NCBI GenBank assembly: GCA_965204375.1
Contig: OZ241986.1
Span: 1,536,001 to 1,600,000 of the forward strand
Source: Candidatus Latescibacterota bacterium
Lineage (GTDB): Bacteria > Latescibacterota > UBA2968
Reading direction: 5' to 3'
Length of the DNA stretch: 64,000 nt
In this document: in pieces, positions 35,284 to 45,289 of the stretch
Position numbering within the stretch: position 1 is the stretch's first letter
Layout: each line of letters opens with the position of its first letter
Program-made: the position numbers and the translations under genes
Notes under the pieces: generated by a model
What the model was told of the DNA's origin: nothing
Seen by the model: only the letters and a program-made list of their open reading frames with translations
Databases searched by the model: none

Positions 35284-36687
35284 TCATACAGTAAATTCTG
35301 GCCGACCGAGGGCGTCGGTGGTTTTTTGGCGCTGGTAGATGGGAATTTCGCCGCTGGCATCTTCGAGAATACGACGTTTTGCCCGTTCGATTCTATCTGC
35401 GGCTCGTTCGGCGATGTTCTGGGTGCAGTCCGGGTCTGATTCCAAATCGAAGACGCGCGGGCCAGAAAAGTCCGCCTGAGAAAAGAACCAGGAGGTATGG
35501 TCTTTGTACCAGACGGAATTGCCGTAGCGGCATGTTAGATAGTCTCGCTCGCTGAACGTGTCTGAGGATTCAACGATGGGTAGCAGGCTCTTTCCATCGA
35601 TTTGTCCGATTGGTGAGACACCGGAAATGTCGAGCACTGTTGCGGGTATATCGAGGGTATAGACAAAGGTGTCGGAGATGGTTCCGGCGCCTTTGTTTTG
35701 TGGGTGTCGCAGAATCATCGGGATGCACATGGTGCCGGGATACATGTAGTCTGCTGGTTTGCCGATTATGCCCTCGGCATTGTCGGCGAAATTTGTGCCG
35801 TGGTCGCTGAGAAAAATAACCATGGTATTGTCCCGCAGACCCACTCTGTCGATTGTATCGACCAGTCGTCCAAACCAGGTATCCACCATTGTGACGAGTC
35901 CGGCGTAGTTGGCGCGAATAGAAGTGAGCCGATCTTCATAGTCGGGATTGGCGCTCAAGGGACCATAAGGCACATTGAGACAAATGGGTACTCTGTCTTC
36001 TCGGGTACCATACAGATCGTAGTAGTGGAGTGGGGCTTCCCAGGTTTCGTGGGGGGTAAAGCTATCGACATAGAGGTAAAAAGGCGCGGTTGAAGCATTT
36101 TGCTCGAGGAACTCAATGGCGGCGCGAAACGTCCGCGCAGCGGGCCAGGTCTCTTCGGGACGCTGGGGTTGCACATTGACCAGATGGGCACGGATCAGAT
36201 TCTCGGTCTGTCCTTTTCGGAGTTTATAGCATTCGATCAGTGCCGGGTCTGCTGCAGCTATGGCACGATAGCGGTCCTCTGCCTGGCCGCGAATGAATTG
36301 CCATTGGCGGAAGCCTCGCGTAAAATTCATTCCAGGAACAAAGTAATGGGGTACATCGGCAAAGAAACCGGTGTGATAACCTCCCTGCGCAAGTGCTTCG
36401 GCGATCGTGCCCTCATCAGATGACATAGGTTGCCATCCGGCAAGATACACATTGTCCCAGGGAACGGGACGATAGTCTTTGAAAGGGAAGGCTCGTCGCC
36501 CGGTGTGAAGGGTTCGCCGCGTTGGGATGGTGGGCAAACACTCGGGGTGGGCATTGGTGAAGCGCACGCCTTCTTTGGCAAATTGGTCGAGATTTGGCGT
36601 GTGGATCCAGTCGTTTCCATAAGCACCCAGGAATGACGTGCGAAATGTATCGGCCACGACAACAACGATGTTCATAGGGTCTGACAT
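35284..36687 (-). CDS. Sulfatase/alkaline-phosphatase superfamily hydrolase with TIPTR at the nucleophile motif
   Basis: ADTFR, TPNLD, CLPTIPTRRTLHTG, PHETW, SDHG. Confidence 0.85.
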   Translation of the reverse strand: MSDPMNIVVVVADTFRTSFLGAYGNDWIHTPNLDQFAKEGVRFTNAHPECLPTIPTRRTLHTGRRAFPFKDYRPVPWDNVYLAGWQPMSSDEGTIAEALAQGGYHTGFFADVPHYFVPGMNFTRGFRQWQFIRGQAEDRYRAIAAADPALIECYKLRKGQTENLIRAHLVNVQPQRPEETWPAARTFRAAIEFLEQNASTAPFYLYVDSFTPHETWEAPLHYYDLYGTREDRVPICLNVPYGPLSANPDYEDRLTSIRANYAGLVTMVDTWFGRLVDTIDRVGLRDNTMVIFLSDHGTNFADNAEGIIGKPADYMYPGTMCIPMILRHPQNKGAGTISDTFVYTLDIPATVLDISGVSPIGQIDGKSLLPIVESSDTFSERDYLTCRYGNSVWYKDHTSWFFSQADFSGPRVFDLESDPDCTQNIAERAADRIERAKRRILEDASGEIPIYQRQKTTDALGRPEFTV

Positions 36688-36737
36688 TGAGGATCTCCTT
36701 TAGAAAGAGCAGTATGCAAGTGTATTAAAACTATGGT

Positions 36738-37781
36738 TTATCCAGGAGCGCTCTGAGGCTGTTCATTGCCCCAGGGGAATGATTGCACTCTCAAAGAGCG
36801 ATCCACCTTCGACAGGGCGATTTTCACGCCCCCTTGCTTTGAGGAATGGTGGATGGCAAATCCGATCTCTGTCGCTCTGCGTGCATGATTGATGTCACAG
36901 GCCGTGCGACCACCCGTTTTGATAGCTTGTACGAGATCGCGCACCATTGCAGGTCCTGTAGGCCACGGGTCTTCGTCTGTGGGAAGACTGAGGCGTTGGT
37001 AAATATTTTCTCGATAGAGATGGACATGCGTTGCGTCAGAGAGGATGGATAGATGACCTTTTGTTCCCGTGATTTGAAAACTGGGGCCTTTGCCGCCATC
37101 TATTGTGATGTAGGCGACTACGCCGTTGTCCAGACCAATTTGAGCACGCGAAGGCGGATCGAGATTGCGGCGTTCATCGTCTGAATCGCCGTGGTCAATC
37201 AGGCCGCTGACCCATAAGGGTTCGGGATCGCCCAATAACCCCAGCAAGGCGTCGTACCAATGACAGCCATGGTTGATGGTGTTGGGCAGGCCATAAGCGA
37301 CGAGACTCGTGATGGTTCCGATGAGGCCGCTCATGTTCTCGCGAAGGTGGCGATAGGGGAGAGACCAGCGTCGGTCAAGGCCAAAGCAGAGAGGGATGTT
37401 TGCACATGCAGAGATGATACGATCCATCTCTTCAAGGGTTGTAGCCAGAGGCTTGTCACAGAGGATACCCCGAACGCCTGCTGCGGTAGCGGCCTCAATC
37501 TGGTCGGCGTGCATGGTCTGGCGCGTGGCAATGCAGAGTACATCTGGTTTGATCTCTTTGAGCATGTGTTCATAGTCACCAAAGATTGGGATATCGCCCC
37601 AAACGTCCTGCCAGCAGGTAACAAATTCCGCTCGCGTTTCTGCGCCGTAATCGAATACACCGACGATTTCAGTTTCAGGAATGGCCCGAAAAGCCGCGGC
37701 AAAATTGTGATGGGTCAAATCGCGCAGTAGCATGCGATGGCAACCCGCAATGGCGACCCTCAGTATGTTTTCTTTAGCCAT
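36738..37781 (-). CDS. Gfo/Idh/MocA family oxidoreductase
   Basis: AGGAGG RBS; VAIAGC, CDKPLA, HGCHWYD. Confidence 0.85.
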   Translation of the reverse strand: MAKENILRVAIAGCHRMLLRDLTHHNFAAAFRAIPETEIVGVFDYGAETRAEFVTCWQDVWGDIPIFGDYEHMLKEIKPDVLCIATRQTMHADQIEAATAAGVRGILCDKPLATTLEEMDRIISACANIPLCFGLDRRWSLPYRHLRENMSGLIGTITSLVAYGLPNTINHGCHWYDALLGLLGDPEPLWVSGLIDHGDSDDERRNLDPPSRAQIGLDNGVVAYITIDGGKGPSFQITGTKGHLSILSDATHVHLYRENIYQRLSLPTDEDPWPTGPAMVRDLVQAIKTGGRTACDINHARRATEIGFAIHHSSKQGGVKIALSKVDRSLRVQSFPWGNEQPQSAPG

Positions 37782-37966
37782 CTCGTGGTCCTCCTATAAA
37801 CTATCTTACGTATTGAAACCCAAAGTAATATATACAGTAACAAGAGTAAAGAACTGAAACACCGCGCATGTCCAAAATGAGATTCAGGACTTGCCCCACC
37901 CATGATTTTGCTTATTTTGTAAGCAATATATTCCAGAAGTAATCATCTCAATATTGGAGTGTTAAT

Positions 37967-38407
37967 ATGGCGATCAAACAGCTTGAACCAGGAGAAGCAA
38001 AAGCCGCAATGGATGAGGCAGAAAATTCGGTTTATCTCGATGTGCGCACAGAAATGGAGTTTGCCCAGGGACATCCCGAAGGCGCTATCAATATCCCCAT
38101 TGCAGTTCCCGGCCCGGCGGGCATGGTGCCAAATCCCGATTTTTTGACTATTGTGCAAAAAACATTATCCGATAAAGAACAGCCCATTTTTTGTGGGTGT
38201 CAGAGTGGGATGCGTTCTCAGATGGCCGCGGACTTGATGGCGCGGTTGGGGTATTCGAATCTGGCCAATGTTCAGGGCGGCTTTGGTGGAAAAGTCGAAA
38301 ATGGCGTTCTCGTAGTGGTGGGATGGCGCGATTCGAATTTGCCTGTCGAAGCCGATGTTAATGATTCCAATTCTTATGCGAGTATCAAGGCGCGGGCAGA
38401 GTCTTAG
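37967..38407 (+). CDS. Rhodanese-like domain protein
   Basis: LDVRTEMEFAQGHPEGAINIP, CQSGMRS, VQGGF. Confidence 0.92.
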   Translation: MAIKQLEPGEAKAAMDEAENSVYLDVRTEMEFAQGHPEGAINIPIAVPGPAGMVPNPDFLTIVQKTLSDKEQPIFCGCQSGMRSQMAADLMARLGYSNLANVQGGFGGKVENGVLVVVGWRDSNLPVEADVNDSNSYASIKARAES

Positions 38408-38436
38408 GAAAGAGGGACATAGCCTGATTATTTCAT

Positions 38437-39531
38437 TTGAAGGAAAAAAAATATAATTCTCCTTTTGTATTGTGGCAGAGTGAGTTACGAGTGATTAAAG
38501 CAAAATATAAAAAAGCGCGTGAAGCATTTGTTGACGCGGCAGATGTAGAGGTCGGTAGCCGAGTGCTGGATCTCGGCTGGGAGGGAGACTGTCTCGAATG
38601 CTTGCGGGAAACAGGTGCTCGAGTGACTTTTGTGGGGGAGGATATTCGCGCCGTGCAAAAGGCAGAAGCACTTCGAGTAAATGGGGTGCTTAGTGCAATG
38701 CCGGCACAGGTAATTTCCGACGCGCGTGTCGTATTTTACAAACCCGCACAGAGATCTGCCAAAGGTCAAGTATTTGAATGGATTGATCAGGGCTTTCAGG
38801 CGCTTGAAATAGGCGGCGCGCTTTATCTGGCGGGTCAGCGAAATCGCGGCATTAGAAGTTATGCCGCGTATTTGCATGCGGTTTTTAGCAATAGCAGACG
38901 CGCAGGGCGCGTGGGCAGAGTGGAAGTTTACAGCGCGAAAAAGGAGCAGAATGATCCTCATAAAGCACCTGTTGACAATCGAATCACATTTGAATTGCGC
39001 GATTTGCCGGGCAGTCCATACAGCGTTGAAACCCGTGCGGGCGTTTTTTCACGGGATGGACTCGATGACGGGACGAGATTTTTGATCGACTGCATGGAAG
39101 TTCGCCCCACCGACCATATACTGGACTGGGGGTGTGGCTGGGGCGCACTCGGCATGGTTGCTGCGCGTCTATCTGCAAAAGGCAATGCAACGCTCGTCGA
39201 TTCAAATATTCGCGCGGTTTCCTGCGCAGAGGAAAATTTGAGGCGAAATCGGATTTGCAATGCAGTGGTGCATGTGGGAGATGCCCGCGTTTTTGATCGA
39301 CGCGAAAAATTTGATCTTATCGTTTCCAACCCGCCCTTTCACGATGGTAATGCTGCGGCCCATCCCCTTATAGAAGGTGCTTTTCGGGCACTGAGACCGG
39401 GAGGTCGTTTAATGCTTGTTGTGATGCGTCCAGAATCGTATCTGAGACACATTCGCAGAGTTTTTGGACAAGGGGAGATCATGGCGCAAAAAGACGGATA
39501 TGTCGTTCTTGAGGCCCATATTGGGAACTAA
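38437..39531 (+). CDS. Class I SAM methyltransferase, RsmC-like two-domain
   Basis: GVFSRDGLDDGT, LDWGCGWG, SNPPFH; degenerate N-terminal MTase domain; start uncertain. Confidence 0.85.
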   Translation: MKEKKYNSPFVLWQSELRVIKAKYKKAREAFVDAADVEVGSRVLDLGWEGDCLECLRETGARVTFVGEDIRAVQKAEALRVNGVLSAMPAQVISDARVVFYKPAQRSAKGQVFEWIDQGFQALEIGGALYLAGQRNRGIRSYAAYLHAVFSNSRRAGRVGRVEVYSAKKEQNDPHKAPVDNRITFELRDLPGSPYSVETRAGVFSRDGLDDGTRFLIDCMEVRPTDHILDWGCGWGALGMVAARLSAKGNATLVDSNIRAVSCAEENLRRNRICNAVVHVGDARVFDRREKFDLIVSNPPFHDGNAAAHPLIEGAFRALRPGGRLMLVVMRPESYLRHIRRVFGQGEIMAQKDGYVVLEAHIGN

Positions 39532-39584
39532 TGTATCACACAGGCGTTTATCGCAATGAAGTATAAGGTCTGATAGTTAGTCTT

Positions 39585-39653
39585 GGGCTTCCGCAAGTGT
39601 TCGGTCTGGTCCCCTCCCACCAGATTGGGCGTCTCGCGGAAGCCCGCTTTTTT
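39585..39653 (+). terminator. Long hairpin plus U-tract with a CCCCTCCC loop
   Basis: GGGCTTCCGC...GCGGAAGCCC outer stem, TCTGGT/ACCAGA inner stem. Confidence 0.7.
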
Positions 39654-39703
39654 GTAGTTGACACATCCATTTTCAGAGCGTTAATTTTCTCCCGGCAAAA
39701 GGC

Positions 39704-39732
39704 TTGACAGTCCGGAACTTCGGTTGTATCCT
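39704..39732 (+). promoter_or_regulatory. Sigma70-type promoter of the second XDH-family operon
   Basis: TTGACA-17 bp-TATCCT; a second TTGACA at 39658. Confidence 0.6.
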
Positions 39733-39831
39733 TAGCATCTTAGAAAAATTCAAAAACATCCGCAGATGGTCCCTGTGAAAATGTAATAAACGCAGACAAA
39801 ATCTGTGGTTTTAATAAAGAGGAGGAAAATT

Positions 39832-40707
39832 TTGAACGCATTTGATTATGAAGCGCCCCAGTCTGTAGATGAGGCTATTTCTCTACTCAGCGCGGGAAAT
39901 GGCAATGTCGGCATTTTGGCGGGCGGCACAGACTTGATCGCGCAGTTGAAGGAGGGGCGCAAGATCGATTTGATGCTCGACCTCAAGCGGATCCCCGAAG
40001 CAACTGCGTTGAGTTTTGATGAGGACAGCGGTTTGAGTATTGGCGCGGCAACACCGTGTTCCCAAATTTACGGTTACGATGTTGTCCAAAGCCGTTATCC
40101 CGCGCTTGTAGATTGTACTTCGCTCATCGGTTCTATTCAGATTCAAAACCGCGGATCTATTGGAGGCAATTTCTGCAATGCCTCACCCGCGGCGGACACC
40201 CCACCTGCTGTCATTGTTCTGGGCGGCACCTGTCGTATTGCGGGACCAAATGGCACGCGCGAAGTCGCCGCGGAGGATTTCTTTACCGGTCCTGGGCAAA
40301 GTGTTCTTCAGTCCGGCGAGTTTCTCATTTCTATTCAGGTGCCAACTCCGGCTGCCAATTCGGGGGCGTTTTTCCTGCGATTTATTCCACGCAACGAAAT
40401 GGATATTGCTGTGGCCAATGCCGCGGCATCCGTGGTTTTAGACAGCGATAAAACGACTATTCAAGAGGCGCGGGTGTCAATTGGAGCCGTTGCCCCCACA
40501 CCCTTGCTCGTTGCCGATGCGGGCGCAGCACTTGAGGGCAAATCGGTGGATGATGAAGACGCAATAGAAGCGGCGTGTGCGGCATCGCGCGCAGCAGCCA
40601 AACCAATTAGCGATATGCGGGGAACTATCGAACAGCGGATTCACCTGTCCGGCGTTTTGACGCGCCGCGCCATTCAAGGAGCCATTCAAAGAGCAAAGGA
40701 GTCTTAA
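39832..40707 (+). CDS. Xanthine dehydrogenase family FAD subunit (CoxM-like)
   Basis: GAGGAGG RBS and TTG start; LAGGTDL, QIQNRGSIGGN, ASPAAD, PISDMRG. Confidence 0.9.
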   Translation: MNAFDYEAPQSVDEAISLLSAGNGNVGILAGGTDLIAQLKEGRKIDLMLDLKRIPEATALSFDEDSGLSIGAATPCSQIYGYDVVQSRYPALVDCTSLIGSIQIQNRGSIGGNFCNASPAADTPPAVIVLGGTCRIAGPNGTREVAAEDFFTGPGQSVLQSGEFLISIQVPTPAANSGAFFLRFIPRNEMDIAVANAAASVVLDSDKTTIQEARVSIGAVAPTPLLVADAGAALEGKSVDDEDAIEAACAASRAAAKPISDMRGTIEQRIHLSGVLTRRAIQGAIQRAKES

Positions 40708-40711
40708 TCGC

Positions 40712-41188
40712 ATGCCAGGAAAAGTTCACGTTACAACGACAATTAATGGAGAATCGGCCGAGTTTTTGTGCGAACCTCGGCAGACAATTCTCGAAGTTTT
40801 GCGGGATCAACTCGATCTTACGGGTACGAAAGAGGGTTGCAGCAATGGCAACTGCGGCGCGTGTAGCATACTGGTCAATGGAGAGGTTATCGATTCCTGC
40901 CTGATGATGGCTGTCGAAGCCGAAGGGCAGGAACTCACGACTATCGAAGGCGTTGCAAGTGCCGATGGCTTACATCCTCTTCAGCAGAAATTTCTCGAAC
41001 ACGCAGCTCTTCAGTGCGGCATTTGTACGCCGGGCTTTATTGTGGCCGCCAAAGCATTGCTCGATCAAGAGTCTGATCCTTCGGAAGAACGCATTCGGTT
41101 ATACTTAGCGGGGAATCTGTGCCGTTGCACGGGGTATGACAAAATCGTCCGCGCGGTACAAGACGCCGCGTCTGAAATGGCCGAATAG
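40712..41188 (+). CDS. (2Fe-2S) subunit (CoxS-like)
   Basis: GCSNGNCGAC, QCGICTPG, NLCRCTGY. Confidence 0.93.
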   Translation: MPGKVHVTTTINGESAEFLCEPRQTILEVLRDQLDLTGTKEGCSNGNCGACSILVNGEVIDSCLMMAVEAEGQELTTIEGVASADGLHPLQQKFLEHAALQCGICTPGFIVAAKALLDQESDPSEERIRLYLAGNLCRCTGYDKIVRAVQDAASEMAE

Positions 41189-41203
41189 GGAGGTGATCCC
41201 ATA

Positions 41204-43498
41204 ATGGCGACAAAAACAGAAGATTATCTGGGCATTACGGATTACAAAGTTATTGGCACCCGTCCGATACGGCACGATGGCGTCGATAAAGTCGTCGGTC
41301 GAGCAAAATACGGTGCAGATATCGATATGGCAGGCATGTTGCATGGAGCAGTTGTGCGCAGCCCACACGCGCATGCGCGAATCAAATCGATAGACACGAG
41401 CAAGGCAGAAGCGCTTGCAGGTGTAAAAGCCGTGATTACGGTTGGCGATCTGCCATTGCAAGAAGACAAAATTGAAGACCTGGGTGAAGGTGCTGCCAAT
41501 CTTCAGCATCTGCGCGCAAACGTGCTGGCCGATGGCAAGGTATTATATCACGGCCATGCAGTTGCAGCGGTTGCCGCAACAGATATTCACACAGCGCAAG
41601 AAGCCGTTGATTTGATCGATGTCGAATACGAGGTGTTGCAACCCGTTTTGACTGTCCACGAAGCCATGGAAGAGGACGCGCCTTTGCTTCTGGAAGACCA
41701 GACCACGCAGTCGTTGGGCGAAGATACGGGACAAAAGAGCAATGTTTGTACCCATTTTCGCCACGAATTAGGCGACGTGGAGAAGGGATTTGCAGAGGCG
41801 GACCTCGTCATTGAGCGAGAATTTGATACTGCGACGGTTCACCAGGGGTATATTGAACCCCAAAATGCCACGGCTTTGTGGGGTGCCGATGATCAGATCA
41901 CGGTGTGGTGCAGCACGCAGGGCGCATTTACCGTGCGCGAACAGACTGCGCAGATATTAGATGTACCGGTTTCGCAGGTCAAAGTCGTTCCCATGGAAAT
42001 TGGCGGTGGATTTGGGGGCAAAATTCGGATTTATCTCGAACCTCTGGCCGCGGTTCTGTCGAGAAAGACGGGACGCCCCGTCAAGATGGTCATGAGCCGC
42101 ACAGAAGTTTTGCAGGCTACTGGACCAACCGCTGGCTCTTTTATAAAGTGCAAAATGGGGGTTGACAAAGCGGGGAAGATTGTCGCTGCATATGCGTATA
42201 TGGCGTATGAGTCGGGTGGTTTTCCCGGCAGTTGGGCAGCACCAGGTGCCATGTGCATTTTCGCGCCCTACAATATCCCCAATGTGCTGATTGATGGATA
42301 CGAGGTGCTGGTCAATAAACCTCAGACCATGGCCTATCGGGCGCCAGGCGCGACCAATGCCGCTTTTGCTTCAGAAACGATTATCGACGAGATTTGCGAG
42401 CAATTGGATGTTGATCCACTCGATTTTCGGCTCGAGAATTCTGCCAGAGAAGGCACGCGACGCGCAGATGGTCCGGTTTATCCACGAATTGGTAACGAGG
42501 AATGTGTCAAAACGGCTCTTTCTTCAGAGCACTACGCGACGCAACTCAGTGGTAAAAACCGCGGGCGCGGGATTGCTTCGGGTTTCTGGTTCAACGTGGG
42601 TTTGAAGTCGAGTGCCGCTGCCAGTGTAAATTCCGATGGTACGGTCAGTCTGGTCGAGGGTTCTACGGATATTGGCGGAACCCGAACGTCTATTGCGATG
42701 CAATTGGCCGAAGTGCTCGGCATCAGGGCCGAAGATGTCAAGCCACAGGTCGTTGATACGGATTCTATCGGCGATACAGATGTGACTGGGGGAAGTCGCA
42801 CCACATTTGCAACCGGATGGGCGGCCTATCAGTGCGCTCTGGATATCAAGGAGCAGTTGATTGAGCGCGCGGCAAAATTGTGGGAGATCTCGACTGATGA
42901 TGTGGTTTTTGACGATGGCACATTTTCTTCATCTGATTCTTCTAAGACCATATCGTTCAAAGAGTTGTCAGGAATGCTTGACGAAACCGGTGGTCCCGTT
43001 ATGGGCAGGGCAACCGTAAATCCGTCCGGCGTGGGCGGAGCTTTTGCGGTAATGATTGTCGATATTGAGGTCGATACTGAAACGGGCAAAGTGGAGATTT
43101 TGCGCGTCTCTATGATTCAAGATGCTGGCAAAGCTGTTTACCCCGGTTATGTCGAGGGACAAATGCAAGGAGGCACAGCACAGGGCATTGGCTGGGCACT
43201 CAACGAAGAATACGCCTATAATGGAGATGGACTTTTGACCAATGCGAGTTTGCTCGATTATCGGATGCCCACATGTCTCGATTTGCCCATGATTGAAACC
43301 CATATCGTCGAAGTGCCAAACCCCGGCCACCCCTATGGTGTGCGAGGGGTGGGAGAAGTGCCAATTGTTCCACCTGCTGCGGCAGTTGCAAATGCGATTT
43401 ACGATGCTGTGGGTGTGAGAATGACAAATTTGCCCATGTCACCGGGCGAAGTTCTCAAGGCATTGTGGGCAAAAAATGGGGGAAATGGGACAGGCTGA
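41204..43498 (+). CDS. Xanthine dehydrogenase family molybdopterin-binding subunit (CoxL-like, not CODH form I)
   Basis: GGGFGGK, AYRAPG active-site loop, GVRGVGE. Confidence 0.92.
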   Translation: MATKTEDYLGITDYKVIGTRPIRHDGVDKVVGRAKYGADIDMAGMLHGAVVRSPHAHARIKSIDTSKAEALAGVKAVITVGDLPLQEDKIEDLGEGAANLQHLRANVLADGKVLYHGHAVAAVAATDIHTAQEAVDLIDVEYEVLQPVLTVHEAMEEDAPLLLEDQTTQSLGEDTGQKSNVCTHFRHELGDVEKGFAEADLVIEREFDTATVHQGYIEPQNATALWGADDQITVWCSTQGAFTVREQTAQILDVPVSQVKVVPMEIGGGFGGKIRIYLEPLAAVLSRKTGRPVKMVMSRTEVLQATGPTAGSFIKCKMGVDKAGKIVAAYAYMAYESGGFPGSWAAPGAMCIFAPYNIPNVLIDGYEVLVNKPQTMAYRAPGATNAAFASETIIDEICEQLDVDPLDFRLENSAREGTRRADGPVYPRIGNEECVKTALSSEHYATQLSGKNRGRGIASGFWFNVGLKSSAAASVNSDGTVSLVEGSTDIGGTRTSIAMQLAEVLGIRAEDVKPQVVDTDSIGDTDVTGGSRTTFATGWAAYQCALDIKEQLIERAAKLWEISTDDVVFDDGTFSSSDSSKTISFKELSGMLDETGGPVMGRATVNPSGVGGAFAVMIVDIEVDTETGKVEILRVSMIQDAGKAVYPGYVEGQMQGGTAQGIGWALNEEYAYNGDGLLTNASLLDYRMPTCLDLPMIETHIVEVPNPGHPYGVRGVGEVPIVPPAAAVANAIYDAVGVRMTNLPMSPGEVLKALWAKNGGNGTG

Positions 43499-43545
43499 TT
43501 TGTAAGGAATTGAATAGACATCCAATCCAAAGGAAAGGGGGTAAC

Positions 43546-44133
43546 ATGAATCGAGTGATTTCAATATTCGCTGCCTGGGGACTGGCAGTTCTGATGGTGC
43601 TGTGTGTTCCTCAGATGTCCGATGCCCTGGGGTTGCATGTCAAAGCGGGGGTGAGTCTGACGCGCGAACCTCAGTTTGATACCTTTTACGGCATGGGTGG
43701 GCAGTTTGACTCTCACCGATGGATGATCGGGGGCAATCTCGATCTGGGATCTGTTATGTTGCCCAAATTGCATCTGCTTCCAGGCCTGGATATCGCGGCA
43801 CAGGAGAATTTGCGCGTTTATGCCGTCAATCTGGATGTCGTTTACTTTTTTCATCAAACGCCAGTCGGACGAGCCTATTTCGGTGGTGGTTTTGGAACCC
43901 ACTTCTTTCGCCCCCAAATAGCATCTGGTGCTATAGAATCTGAGTCAGCGGTAGAAGAGTCGGTAGATGGCCCCCAAAACGATACCAAAATCAGCTTGAA
44001 TTTGCCATTGGGGTATCAGCGCAAATTGAGTCCGATGCTGGCCTGGTTTGGCGAGATGAAACTCATCATTGCCGACGATGAAAAAGACAGTGCATTGCAA
44101 TTCACAATTGGTTTTCGCTTTGGTAATGAATAG
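43546..44133 (+). CDS. Small outer-membrane beta-barrel protein
   Basis: Signal peptide; alternating beta strands; YFGGGFG; C-terminal FTIGFRF. Confidence 0.7.
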   Translation: MNRVISIFAAWGLAVLMVLCVPQMSDALGLHVKAGVSLTREPQFDTFYGMGGQFDSHRWMIGGNLDLGSVMLPKLHLLPGLDIAAQENLRVYAVNLDVVYFFHQTPVGRAYFGGGFGTHFFRPQIASGAIESESAVEESVDGPQNDTKISLNLPLGYQRKLSPMLAWFGEMKLIIADDEKDSALQFTIGFRFGNE

Positions 44134-44142
44134 GAAGGATTT

Positions 44143-44241
44143 ATGGCGGGTAGTGAACGCAGAAAAGAGCTTCGCCGAAGGCGACAGAGGCGAAAAAAAC
44201 GCCTTAAAGCGCGCCGTCGAGAAGGAAGAAGTGGGAAGTAA
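44143..44241 (+). CDS. 32-aa Arg/Lys-rich small protein (DUF6800-like), not in ORF track
   Basis: GGAAGGA RBS; MAGSERRKELRRRRQRRKKRLKARRREGRSGK. Confidence 0.65.
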   Translation: MAGSERRKELRRRRQRRKKRLKARRREGRSGK

Positions 44242-44244
44242 GAA

Positions 44245-45191
44245 GTGAAAAGTGTTCTTATTATTTTTGCCATCACATCTCTAATTGAAGCCAGTGAATC
44301 CACAGGTAATCTCGTCGTTGAAGTGCATCAATCTCATAGTGGAACGGATTTGTGGTATCGTGTTGGCATTGTAAACTCAACAGCGATTGATTGGGGAGAG
44401 AACCACAAATACGACAATGGGCGATTGCCCATGTGCGACCTCAACAGCGATACGATTGTAGAAGTTCACGAGGGTCACGGCGATTTGACCCTGTGGTATC
44501 GCGTGGGATCGATTGAGAAAAAAACGCGGACGATTAACTGGGGAAGTAGCGTTAGTTACGAAGATAGGGGCAGAAGCCCGGTTGTCGCCATGCAGGGCAA
44601 TATTGTTGTTGAGATGCACCAGTCTCACGATGGAACAGAGTTGTGGTATCACGTTGGGATTTTGGATCGTTCAACCCGGGTTATCAACTGGGGCGCAAGC
44701 AGAAAATTTGATCGGGGGCAGTTTCCGAGTATTGGATTTTCCAAAGGAGAATTGAATACTATCGTCGAAGTGCATCAATCTCATAAAGGGGCGAATTTGT
44801 GGTACCATGTTGGTATTGTAAACCCGACTACGCGAGCGATTGATTGGGGGGAAAGCCACAAATACGACAATGGGCGATTGCCTATGTGCGACCTCAACGG
44901 CGATACGGTTGTGGAAGTTCATCAAGGGCATGATGACTTGCAATTGTGGTATCGTGTGGGAACGGTAAAAAAAAAACGCGGACCATTGTGTGGGGTACAA
45001 GCGTGAATTACGGCAAGGGCAAAGTGCCTACCGTAGCGATTAAAAACAATATTGTCGTGGAGATGCACCAGTCTTATAATGGAATTGATTTGTGGTATAA
45101 TGTTGGCATTTTAGACAAAACAACCGGGACGATTAAATGGGGAAAGAGCCGCAAATTAGATACAGGTCGGGTCCCAAGTGTGGGATTTTGA
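44245..45191 (+). pseudogene. Six-repeat beta-propeller-like exported protein, frameshifted at an A10 run (44967-44976)
   Basis: Repeats VVE(V/M)HQ...LWY(R/H/N)VG...I.WG...(Y/F)D.G..P continue in the -1 frame; A11 would restore GTVKKKTRTIVWG, matching GSIEKKTRTINWG of repeat 2. Confidence 0.8.
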
Positions 45192-45289
45192 TCAATAGAC
45201 AATAAGAACCCTTGCCATATATGCGATTTTTTGTACATTAGTAGAGAATAAGATCAGACCCGTAGTATCATTTTTCAGGAGGTTTTTCA

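Noticed and set aside
39832-43498. Aerobic CO dehydrogenase coxMSL
   Set aside because: Gene order matches, but the active-site loop is AYRAPG rather than AYxCSFR (form I) or AYxGAGR (form II)
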